A stretch of 64,000 nt of DNA. It comes from Acidimicrobiales bacterium. GTDB lineage: Bacteria > Actinomycetota > Acidimicrobiia > Acidimicrobiales > CATQHL01. Under the pieces are notes generated by a model. It did not search any database. It worked only from the letters and a program-made list of their open reading frames with translations, and was not told the DNA's origin. The position numbers and the translations under genes were made by a program. The stretch is from positions 76,503 to 140,502 of the forward strand of contig OY760933.1 of assembly GCA_963664235.1 (NCBI GenBank), in the 5' to 3' direction. Each line of letters opens with the position of its first letter. Within the stretch, counting starts at the first letter, position 1. Below are positions 35,292 to 43,414 of this stretch, one piece after another.

Positions 35292-36800
35292 ATGACAAAC
35301 GCCGAAGCACCGGCGCGCGCCGCTGTCGTTTCCCCCTACTGGACATTCTGGGAGGCAAGCGCAGGCGGGTCGACGCTCCGGGAAGACCGCCGGGCGCTGC
35401 TGGCTGATGCCGTCGCGACCCTTCGGGACGCCACCGCATCAGCTGACCCACGGCTTTCCGGCGAGAGTCGGAATCCACAGCCCGACGCAGCCGTCGCGGG
35501 CGCTGGCAGCGTGTCGCTCGAGGTCATCGCCGAGTCCCTCTTGGACTCGCCGGAGTCGGCGGCGACCGTGGCGGGCGGCGTCTCCGGCGAACTCGATGTG
35601 ATCGTGGTCGTCATCACCATGGCGGCGCCCCCCACGCACGGCATGGCGTTCCTGGACCGCTTCGAAGACGTCCCGCTGGTGGTCTGGTCACTGCAGCGGT
35701 CGCGCAACATCCGGGCCGGCTTCGATGCCTCGGACATCACCTCGGCGGGGACCGCCGTGGGCACGCCACAGCTCACCAACATGCTGGCCCGCACCGGACG
35801 GCCCCACGAGATCGTCGTCGGTTCGCTCGACGATGATGCCTGCCACGTGCAGCTGGCCCGCGCCGTCGGTGTGGCGGCGACGGCGAGCGCGCTGCGGACG
35901 GCCCGGATCGCCCGGGTCGGCCAACCCCCGCCGGGCTACGCCTGTGTGGACGCCGACCCCGAGGCGCTGCGGCGCGCCACCGGCATCGACCTCGTGGCCG
36001 TAGATCCCGCCGACCTGCGCCGCCGCTGGAGCGCGGTGGACGGGGCGAGCATCGACCACCTGCAGCGAGAGGCGGAGGCCACCACAGAGATCGCCGTCGC
36101 CTGGGACACCGCCGGGCGGCGCTCCCTGGCCGGCGCAGCAGCGCTGGAAGCCCTGGACGACGACCTGGGCGTCGCGGCGGGAGCCATGAACTGCCACGTT
36201 CCCGAACTCCGCTTCGGCACCGAGGTGGGCGTCACGCCCTGCTACGGCCTGGGGCGGGAGACCTCCCGGGGAATCCCCTGGACATGCGCCGGCGACGTGC
36301 TCACCGCGGTCGCCATGCTCGTCGGCAAGCGACTCGGAGGTGCCGCCCTGTACCACGAGGTGGAGGTCATCGACTTCGACACCGACGAGGTCGCCATCGC
36401 CAACTCGGGTGAGCACGACCTGGCCTGGTGCCCCGCCGGCGAGCGTCCGCGCCTGCAACCCAACCCGTGGTACAGCGACGATCCGTTGACCGGCGCCTGC
36501 ATGTGGTTCGAGCTACCGCCCGGGCCGGCCTCGCTGATCGGCTTCACCCCCCACTCCGACGAGCCCAGCGGCTACCGCTTCATCGTGGCCGAAGGCCACA
36601 TCACCGAGCGCTCACTCCCGCAGAGCCCCACCGTAGGCGGCGTGTTCCGCTTCGCCGGCGACGCAGGGGTGGCCGAGTCCTGGCGTGCCTGGGCTGCCGC
36701 CGGCGTCAACCACCACAGCTCCGCCAGCCCCGGCCACCTCGCCACCGACGTGGCCACCGTGGCCCGCTACCTCGGCGTCGGCTGCGTCCAGGTCTCCTAG
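35292..36800 (+). CDS. L-fucose/L-arabinose-isomerase-like protein (family-level guess)
   Basis: 502-aa ORF. The N-terminus ...VVSPYWTFWE... and the C-terminal ...GVNHHSSASPGHL... resemble the AraA/FucI-like superfamily. The true start is uncertain because a degenerate REP copy lies in frame at 35455-35479. Confidence 0.5.
   Translation: MTNAEAPARAAVVSPYWTFWEASAGGSTLREDRRALLADAVATLRDATASADPRLSGESRNPQPDAAVAGAGSVSLEVIAESLLDSPESAATVAGGVSGELDVIVVVITMAAPPTHGMAFLDRFEDVPLVVWSLQRSRNIRAGFDASDITSAGTAVGTPQLTNMLARTGRPHEIVVGSLDDDACHVQLARAVGVAATASALRTARIARVGQPPPGYACVDADPEALRRATGIDLVAVDPADLRRRWSAVDGASIDHLQREAEATTEIAVAWDTAGRRSLAGAAALEALDDDLGVAAGAMNCHVPELRFGTEVGVTPCYGLGRETSRGIPWTCAGDVLTAVAMLVGKRLGGAALYHEVEVIDFDTDEVAIANSGEHDLAWCPAGERPRLQPNPWYSDDPLTGACMWFELPPGPASLIGFTPHSDEPSGYRFIVAEGHITERSLPQSPTVGGVFRFAGDAGVAESWRAWAAAGVNHHSSASPGHLATDVATVARYLGVGCVQVS
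35455..35479. repeat. Degenerate REP-like copy inside the isomerase-like ORF
   Basis: tttccggcgagagtcggaatccaca matches the REP consensus at about 23 of 29 positions by hand alignment. It is translated in frame as ...LSGESRNPQ.... Confidence 0.45.
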
Positions 36801-36819
36801 CGCCGGTATCTTCCTGCCC

Positions 36820-37143
36820 GTGGATTCATGGCATCACGTCGGCGGCGTGTCGGACTTCGAAGTGGGTTGGCCTGGAGAGGTCCGGATCGGGTCCCAGCAG
36901 ATCGCGGTGCATCACACGCCCGAGGGTTTCTTCGCAACCGGGGCGATCTGCACGCACGAGGACGAGAGCCTCATCGACGGGCTGCTCGAGGGTTGCGAGA
37001 TCGAGTGCCCGAGGCACATGGCGATCTTCGACGTGCGAACCGGTGAGGTGCTGTGCGCGCCCGCAATCGTGCCGCTGCCGACCTATCCCTGCGAGGTCCG
37101 GGGCAGCGAGGTGTGGGTACTTGTTCCCGACGCGGGCGTCTAG
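36820..37143 (+). CDS. Rieske [2Fe-2S] ferredoxin
   Basis: Start set at GTG 36820, 20 nt after the upstream stop. The ~107-aa protein has CTHEDESL...CPRHMAIF (CxH...CxxH). Confidence 0.75.
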   Translation: MDSWHHVGGVSDFEVGWPGEVRIGSQQIAVHHTPEGFFATGAICTHEDESLIDGLLEGCEIECPRHMAIFDVRTGEVLCAPAIVPLPTYPCEVRGSEVWVLVPDAGV

Positions 37144-37262
37144 GCGCCCTCAGGCGGCTCTGGGTCCATCGACACGTCCGGGCAGGCGGGATACGCTCAC
37201 AGGCGTTGATCGGCCGCCTGCCGGGCCCGCGGCCGGCGCCTGACGAACGGGGGCATGGACTC

Positions 37263-38366
37263 ATGACAACAGCCCAGAGGTCCGAGCGTCGCCGCGACTG
37301 GATCCCTGAAGAGCCGGTCGACTTCGCGCCCGTCTTCGTCTGGCCCCCGCAGCCCAAGGCGCTGGCGAAGTACTTGTTCGGGTGGGGCGGCTTCCTGTGG
37401 CCGTGGCGGATCATCTGGCTCGGCCTGGCCATCGGTTCGTGGTACTGGCTGTCGCCGGACCTCGCTCAGGCCCGCAACCTCGAGGTGGGCTGGATCGCCA
37501 CGATCTTCGTCCGGAACCTGGTGTTCATATGGCTCGTCGCCGGCGGGATCCACTTGGTCCTGTACACGCTGAAGCTGCAGGGAACCGACCTCAAGCACGA
37601 CCCGAGATGGCTCTTCGTGGGCCGCCGCACGTTCCTCTTCAAGTCCCAGGTTCGCGACAACGTGTTCTGGAGCTGCGTGAGCGGCGTGACTCTCTGGACG
37701 GCCTGGGAGGTGCTGTTCTTCTACGGCTACGCGCACGGTTGGGTGCCGTACCTCGGGTGGTCCGACAACCCAGTGCTGTTCGTGCTGCTCTTCGGTGTGG
37801 TTGTTCTCTTCCGCAAGATCCACTTCTACTTCACGCACCGGCTCCTGCACTGGGGGCCGCTGTACCGCAGCGCCCACTACCTGCACCACAAGAACACCAA
37901 CCCGGGGCCGTGGTCGGGCATGGCCATGCACCCCCTCGAGCACCTCATCTACCTGAGCTCGGTGGTCATCCACTTCGTGGTGGCCTCGCACCCCGTCCAC
38001 ATGATGTTCAACATCTTCGAGACCGCCCTGGCGCCCGCGCACGGCCACACCGGGTTCCACGGCAAGACCGTCAAGGGGAAGCTGCCGGTGGGCGACTACT
38101 TCCACTGGCTGCACCACCGCTACTTCGAGGGCAACTACGGCGAGAACGTGATTCCCCTCGACCGCTGGTTCGGCACGTTCCGGGACGGCCCACCCGACGG
38201 CAGCCCCGGCGCACCCCTGCCGACCGAGCGCCACTACGAACTCGCCGGCGAGGATCCGCGCGGACGGGTCGCCGCCCGGGGCGCTCCCCCGCTTGCGCAG
38301 AATCGCCGGCCAGCCCTTCAAGCGCCTGCAATCTCCGGTGGAAATAGGCTGCATTTCACTGTCTGA
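37263..38366 (+). CDS. Membrane fatty-acid hydroxylase / sterol-desaturase superfamily enzyme
   Basis: Start taken at inner ATG 37263. It has several hydrophobic helices and the His boxes HRLLH, HYLHHK and HWLHHRYF. The last ~55 codons are low-complexity with poor third-position GC and may not be the native C-terminus. Confidence 0.75.
   Translation: MTTAQRSERRRDWIPEEPVDFAPVFVWPPQPKALAKYLFGWGGFLWPWRIIWLGLAIGSWYWLSPDLAQARNLEVGWIATIFVRNLVFIWLVAGGIHLVLYTLKLQGTDLKHDPRWLFVGRRTFLFKSQVRDNVFWSCVSGVTLWTAWEVLFFYGYAHGWVPYLGWSDNPVLFVLLFGVVVLFRKIHFYFTHRLLHWGPLYRSAHYLHHKNTNPGPWSGMAMHPLEHLIYLSSVVIHFVVASHPVHMMFNIFETALAPAHGHTGFHGKTVKGKLPVGDYFHWLHHRYFEGNYGENVIPLDRWFGTFRDGPPDGSPGAPLPTERHYELAGEDPRGRVAARGAPPLAQNRRPALQAPAISGGNRLHFTV
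38022..38094. repeat. Direct repeat A (internal piece of the hydroxylase gene), duplicated at 39758..39830
   Basis: By hand alignment there are 5 mismatches in 73 nt against 39758..39830. It encodes ...LAPAHGHTGFHGKTVKGKLP.... Confidence 0.8.
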
Positions 38367-38415
38367 TATACCTGTAATATGCCGGTCAAGTGCTGGGGCA
38401 CGCTAGACTGCGGGC

Positions 38416-39702
38416 ATGGAGTCGGCCGGCAACAGCGGTCCGCTCACACCCCATGGGTATCGGCAGCGGACCGCCGATGCGCTCATGACCTGGGCGTTGA
38501 GCAGTTCGCCCATTGTCGCGGTCGAGGGCGCACGGGGTGTGGGCAAGTCCTGGACCAGCCTTCGGCATGCTTGCAGCGAGGTGCGTCTCGACCGGGACCG
38601 CAGAGCTGCCGAAGCGGCGGCGTTGTGGCCCCGCAGAGTGCTCGAAGGCGCTCGACCGAGGCTGGTGGATGAGTGGCAGCTCGCCCCGGGTCTGTGGAAC
38701 GAGGCTCGGCACGTCGCGGACGCCGAGACGGGTCGAGGGTTGTTCATCTTCACGGGATCGGCGCATCCGCCCGACGATCACACTCGACATTCCGGCGCCG
38801 GCCGCGTGATGCGGGTGAGGATGCGACCGATGTCGCTCGCAGAGTCTGGAGAGTCGACCGGAGAGGCGTCGCTGGCGTCCTTACTCGACGGCGCCGACTG
38901 CTCCGTGGGCACACCTCAGGCATCGGACACCGACGTTGTGGAGGCGCTCTGCAGAGGCGGCTGGCCGAGGCATCTCACTATGGGCGTGGCGCAGGCACAG
39001 GCCCTGTGCCGCGCCTACCTCTCAGAAATCGCTCGCGTGGACATCGGAAGGTTGGATGGCGCAAGACACCGCCCCGAACGTGTCATGAGACTCTTGGAGT
39101 CGCTGAGCCGCAACACCGCAACCGCCGCCGCAGCATCCACTCTCGCCGGCGACATCGCCGGCGACGCTGCGCCGTCCCGCGACACCGTCTCGGACTACAT
39201 CGAATCCCTCAAACGGGTGTACGTGGTGGAGGACCTGCCTGCCTGGTCGGTCCACCTGAGGTCTCGTGCGCGGCTGCGACGTTCGCCCAAGCGCCATCTG
39301 GTGGACCCGTCGCTCGCCGTAGCGGTCCTGGGTGCCGGTCCCGAGCGACTCTGGCGAGATCCGGGATTCCTGGGCCAGGCGTTCGAGTCGCTGGTGGTGC
39401 GTGACCTACGGGTCTACGCGGACGCCAACGAGGCATCCGTCCACCAATACCGCGACAGCAACGGCCACGAACTCGATGCTGTGGTTCAACGCTTCGACGG
39501 CCGATGGCTGGCCGTAGAGGTCAAGCTCGGGCCGGGTGATCGCGTCGACGAAGCGGCCCGGTCGTTGAACGCCGCCTGCGAGCAAATCGACTTCGACCGG
39601 GTCGGCCCGCCCGCGAAGCGGCTGGTGATCACCCCGTCGGGGTACGGTTACGAACGGCCCGACGGCGTCACAGTCGTGCCCGTCACGTCGCTCGGCCCGT
39701 GA
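38416..39702 (+). CDS. AAA ATPase with DUF4143-type C-terminal nuclease-like domain (COG1373-like), paralog 1
   Basis: It has Walker A GARGVGKS, Walker B LVDEWQ and the C-terminal ...HELDAVV...WLAVEVK... (D...E.K). It is a paralog of 58234..59505 and has the same terminal ...GYGYERPDGVTVVPVTSLGP. Confidence 0.75.
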   Translation: MESAGNSGPLTPHGYRQRTADALMTWALSSSPIVAVEGARGVGKSWTSLRHACSEVRLDRDRRAAEAAALWPRRVLEGARPRLVDEWQLAPGLWNEARHVADAETGRGLFIFTGSAHPPDDHTRHSGAGRVMRVRMRPMSLAESGESTGEASLASLLDGADCSVGTPQASDTDVVEALCRGGWPRHLTMGVAQAQALCRAYLSEIARVDIGRLDGARHRPERVMRLLESLSRNTATAAAASTLAGDIAGDAAPSRDTVSDYIESLKRVYVVEDLPAWSVHLRSRARLRRSPKRHLVDPSLAVAVLGAGPERLWRDPGFLGQAFESLVVRDLRVYADANEASVHQYRDSNGHELDAVVQRFDGRWLAVEVKLGPGDRVDEAARSLNAACEQIDFDRVGPPAKRLVITPSGYGYERPDGVTVVPVTSLGP

Positions 39703-39706
39703 CAGA

Positions 39707-39757
39707 TCGGTTACGGAGCCCCGGCGGGCCTCAGATGCGGTGGACGCGCTCGGCGTT
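39707..39757 (-). pseudogene. Orphan copy of the 3' end (last 9 codons plus downstream tail) of the lactonase-like gene
   Basis: It aligns with 44813..44865 with 4 mismatches and a 2-nt indel by hand. It reads NAERVHRI* on the minus strand, against NAERVYRI* in the real gene. Confidence 0.75.
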
Positions 39758-39830
39758 ACCGCGCTCGCACCCGCGCACGGCCACACCGGCTTCCACGGCA
39801 AGACCGTCAAGGGGAAGCTGCCGGCGGGCG
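39758..39830 (+). pseudogene. Orphan internal fragment of the fatty-acid-hydroxylase gene
   Basis: It is a copy of 38022..38094 and begins at the base immediately after the lactonase fragment. Similarity is lost after ...gctgccggcgggcg. Confidence 0.75.
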
Positions 39831-39882
39831 GTTCGGTCTGCGGTGACTCCCGCCACGCCGAGGACAGGCAGTGCTCTGGGGG

Positions 39883-42814
39883 TCAACTCGGGGGGTCTTC
39901 GTCACCGAAGTTGAGCCAGCATTCGGAGGTGCCGTCGGGGCGCAGGCCGCAGGTGTGCCATCCGTCGGCGGTGAGGGCGGTGAGGGGGCCCGGTGGGACG
40001 CTGTATCGAATTCTGCTCACACTCCGGCCGCCACCGGGGCCGCTGCCCCAGCATTCGGGGGTGCCGTCGGGGCGCAGGCCGCAGGTGTGGAACCAGCCGG
40101 CGGCGATGTCGGTGAACGGCCCCGGCGGGGCGTCGGTCTGGCGGTAGAAGTTGTCGCCCCAGCACAGCACGTCGCCGCTGTCGCGCAGCGCGCAGGTGTG
40201 TTCGAAGCCGGCAGCGATGTCGGTGAGCGTGGTGGCCTCCAGCCACGCCGGCGGGCCGGCGGACTCGCCGGCCCATTTGGATCCCCAGCATTGGTAGCCG
40301 CCGCCGCGGCGGGTCGCGCAGCCGTGTTCACGGAACGCGTTCCAAACGCCGGTCTCCTCTCCCGAGCCGATGTCGAGGGCGGTGAACGGCCCCGCCAGGC
40401 GCAGTGTCACGGCGCTCTCCTCGTCGGCGGCGAACAGGTCCCAGCAGATCACCGATCCCGTGGCGCGGATGCCGCAAGCTTCGCGGCGACCCACGGCCAC
40501 GGAGGTGATAGCGCCGTCGGGCGCCGCGTACGGCTCCCCGTCGCGGATCTGCCAGCAGGACACGACGCCGCCGCGGCGGATCCCGCAGGCGGCCCACCAG
40601 CCGACGCTGACCGCCGCGAACACCCCGGCCGGTGGCGGGTGGTCGACGAGCCCCCCGTCGATCCCCGTGCGCCAACCCCAGCACGCCACGCTGCCATCAT
40701 CGCGGAGACCGCATGCGTGGTAGTGGCCGGCGTCGAGGGCCGCGAGCCCGCCGCGTGCCGTGTACGACTGCAGCCAATCCGCCATGGGGACTTCGCGGAA
40801 CCGCCGCCAATTGCGCCACGGCCGCTTGTTCCTATCGGAGTAGTCAAGGAACCCTGCCCAGAAGTGAAGCTGATCGACGGTCCTGTAGCCGCCGGGCGCG
40901 CCGGCGCGCTCGTCGGGCAGGCCCGCTCCCGGTGGCCACCCGTCGGCCCAGCACTCCACGGTGCCCGCCGGGCGGATCCCGCAGTAGTGATCCCCTCCGG
41001 AGCTGACGACCGTGAACGGCCCCTCCGGCAGCGCGTCGGAGCCCGATCTCGTGCAGTCGACCGTGCCGCCCGCGGGCTGGCAGGAGTCCATAGCCCACCC
41101 GCGCACCACAGGCAGCACCTCGCCGCTCCCCGCCGACGGGCCGCTGCGGTCGCGCCGGCATACCAATTCCCACGTGGCACGATTCCCGCACTCGTAGTCC
41201 CCGAGGCGAATCGTCCGGAATAAGACCCGACTTCGCTCGGCGTCGTGGACGGGCGTCCGCGCCGACAGCGGGTTCCGACCGGCCATCTCCCTGCTCAGGC
41301 CCCAGCACACCGCCTCGCCGGCGGGGCGCAAACCGCACGCGAAGCGATAGCCGGCGCGGATCGCCGTGAACCGCCCCGGCGGCGGGTGGGTCGCCCACCA
41401 GCTACTCGACCCCCAACACGCCACCTCGCCGGCGGGACGCAGACCGCACGTCAAGCTCGCGCCGGCGCTGAGCGCGGTGAACCGCCCCGGCGGCGGCTCG
41501 GTCGCGCCGTTCTCGTCGTAGCCCCAGCACGCCGCCTCGCCGGCGGGGCGCAAACCGCACCCGTGATACTGCCCCATGCTGATCGACGCGAACTCGCCCT
41601 CCGGCGGCGACCAACCCAGCGGCACCGCCCCCCAACACACCACCTCGCCGGCGGGACGCAGACCGCACGTGTGACTGGAGCCGGAGTCCAGCGTCACGAA
41701 CAGCCCCGCCGGCGGGCGATACCCCACCTCCGCGTCGTTCCAACACGCCAACGACCCGTCGACGCGAACCCCACAGATCGAACCGGGGAAGACCAGAGGC
41801 GATCCATGCTCGAGCAGCGCCGGCACGGCAGCGATCGCCACGAACGGCCCGCTCGGCGCCGGCGCCATCCCCCACCCCGGGCACGGCGCGGAAAAATAAC
41901 CCGTGCAATCCCACGCCAGCTTCTCCCTGCCCCAGCACGCCACCTCCCCGCCGGTTCGCACCCCGCACGTGAACTCCATCCCCGTCGCGATCGCCGAGAA
42001 CGAACCCTCCGGAGGCGACGCCTGCCCCGCGTCGTTGGCACCCCAACACTCCACCGACCCCCCAGCCCGGAGCCCACAACTGTGCGAAAAGGAGACGCTG
42101 ACCGCCGTGAACACGCCCCCCCGCAGCACCGGCGCCGAATCGCGCGACCAACACACCAGCATGCCCCCGACACGGATCCCGCACGCGTAGGGCCCCCATC
42201 CCACCGACACCGCCTCGAACACGCCTCCCGGCGGCGCGAATTCCTCAACGCCCGGACCCCAACACGCCAACGATCCCCCGGCACGGATCCCGCACGCGTG
42301 CTCGTCGCCCACGCTCACCGCCGAGAACGACCCCGCCGGCGCCGACCACTCCCCCCCTTCCACCGCCCCCCAACACACGAGCGCGCCACCGACACGAACC
42401 CCGCACGCGACCCGCGGGCCCACACTCACAGACACGAACCGCCCGTCCGGCGGCATGTCACGACGATCCTCGCTCCATCCCCCCCCAACACGCCACCTCA
42501 CCACCCGCCCGCAACGCACACCCCACCCGGCCGCCCAGACTCACCGACACAAAACCCTGCCCCGCACCGTCACTCGCCGGCAGCGCCTCCGGCGCCGAGC
42601 CACTGCCCGCCGCGACAGAACCCCCACCGTCCGCCGCCGGCGCGCCGGGAGCCTCCACCGCCGGCGCGCTGGGAGCCTCCACCGCGTCGCCGCGGACCGA
42701 CGAAACCGCCACATCGCCCTCCGAAGCAACAGAACACGATGCGGCCGCGAGGGCGACGACCAGCAGCGCGATGCCGGTCAGGCGCACCCCTCCCCCCCGG
42801 CGGCGACTCATCAC
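39883..42814 (-). pseudogene. Secreted RCC1-repeat (beta-propeller) protein with a possible lipobox, interrupted by a +1 frameshift in a G8 tract
   Basis: ORF 42458..42814 carries the signal peptide MMSRRRGGGVRLTGIALLVVALAAASC and the first blade. ORF 39883..42519 carries many blades with the pattern F..V..G..H.CG.R..G...CWG. The two join at the homopolymer 42479-42486, and G7 would restore ...EVACWGGWSEDRRDMPPDGRF.... Confidence 0.8.
42479..42486 (-). repeat. Homopolymer G8 (C8 on the plus strand) at the RCC1 frameshift
   Basis: Counted directly: ...catCCCCCCCCaaca... on the plus strand. Confidence 0.9.
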
Positions 42815-42996
42815 GAAACCCCGCCCGGCACCCGAGTCATCGACGCCGGGCGTGCACCGGCCTGCCGCGGCGAATCGTCGAATCCGGTCGAGGAGGGAGA
42901 GGACATGCCTGCGGAAACCCCAGCCGCCGGCTCGTTCAGCGGGTCGTCGTCGCTGACGTTCAGCCAGCAGTCGTCTTCCCCGCTCGTCGACAGCGG

Positions 42997-43140
42997 TATG
43001 AGAACTTCGATCTCCGATACAGACAGATATTCATATATATTCGATCTGTTGTCCAATATTATACAGCTACTTGATCGTATTGAAGAATATCATTATTGTT
43101 CAGGTGCTATATTGAGATCCTGATACTTTCTAGATTTCAC
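42997..43140. other. AT-rich patch in a GC-rich context, with an imperfect palindrome at 43023-43049
   Basis: The patch reads ...gtatgagaacttcgatctccgatacagacagatattcatatatattcgatctgttgtccaatattatacagctacttgatcgtattgaagaatatcattattg.... The arms acagat and atctgt flank an AT core. It lies upstream of the RCC1 gene start and next to the IS3 scar. Confidence 0.7.
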
Positions 43141-43171
43141 GCAGGTTGTGGTGTTCGTCGGATTCACGCCG

Positions 43172-43325
43172 TCAGCTTGCTTGATTTCGGGCACCGGTGG
43201 TGGTGTGACGGGTCTCGTATTCCACGGGCGTGTGCATGTCGAGTGGAGAGTGTCGTCGTTGCCGGTCAGTGACCTGCCGCCCCAAGAACTCGGGGCAGGC
43301 CAGAGCCTCCAATACCCGGGGTCGT
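43172..43325 (-). mobile_element. IS3-family transposase (rve integrase domain) C-terminal remnant
   Basis: The minus-strand translation is *RPRVLEALACPEFLGRQVTDRQRRHSPLDMHTPVEYETRHTTTGARNQAS*. The RRHS.L...P.E(Y/F)E tail is typical of IS3 OrfB C-termini. It is bounded upstream by an in-frame stop, so only about 50 codons survive. Confidence 0.6.
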
Positions 43326-43414
43326 TAACCGTGACCTGGGCACTCACAGGAACCCATACCGCGCTAGGGATCCAACCACTGGAGGGGGACGGTTCGCCGT
43401 GAGGGTCGCCGGAC

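Noticed and set aside
38367-38415. AT-richer stretch (tctgatatacctgtaatatgccggtcaag) upstream of ATPase paralog 1 as a promoter
   Set aside because: It is a plausible -10-like TAATAT, but no -35 element or palindrome is visible and no data support it. I did not annotate it as a feature.
42811-43056. 81-aa minus-strand ORF starting in the AT-rich patch and ending in a GTGATGA overlap with the RCC1 gene start
   Set aside because: It has no recognisable domain. The first half has atypical codon usage and the second half is GC-driven low complexity (…PAAGVSAGMSSPSSTG…). It could be a leader peptide, but the evidence is too weak to call a gene.
43148-43402. 84-aa plus-strand ORF between the AT-rich patch and the Fic gene
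   Set aside because: It lies antisense to the IS3 transposase remnant, which explains the open frame. It has no motifs.
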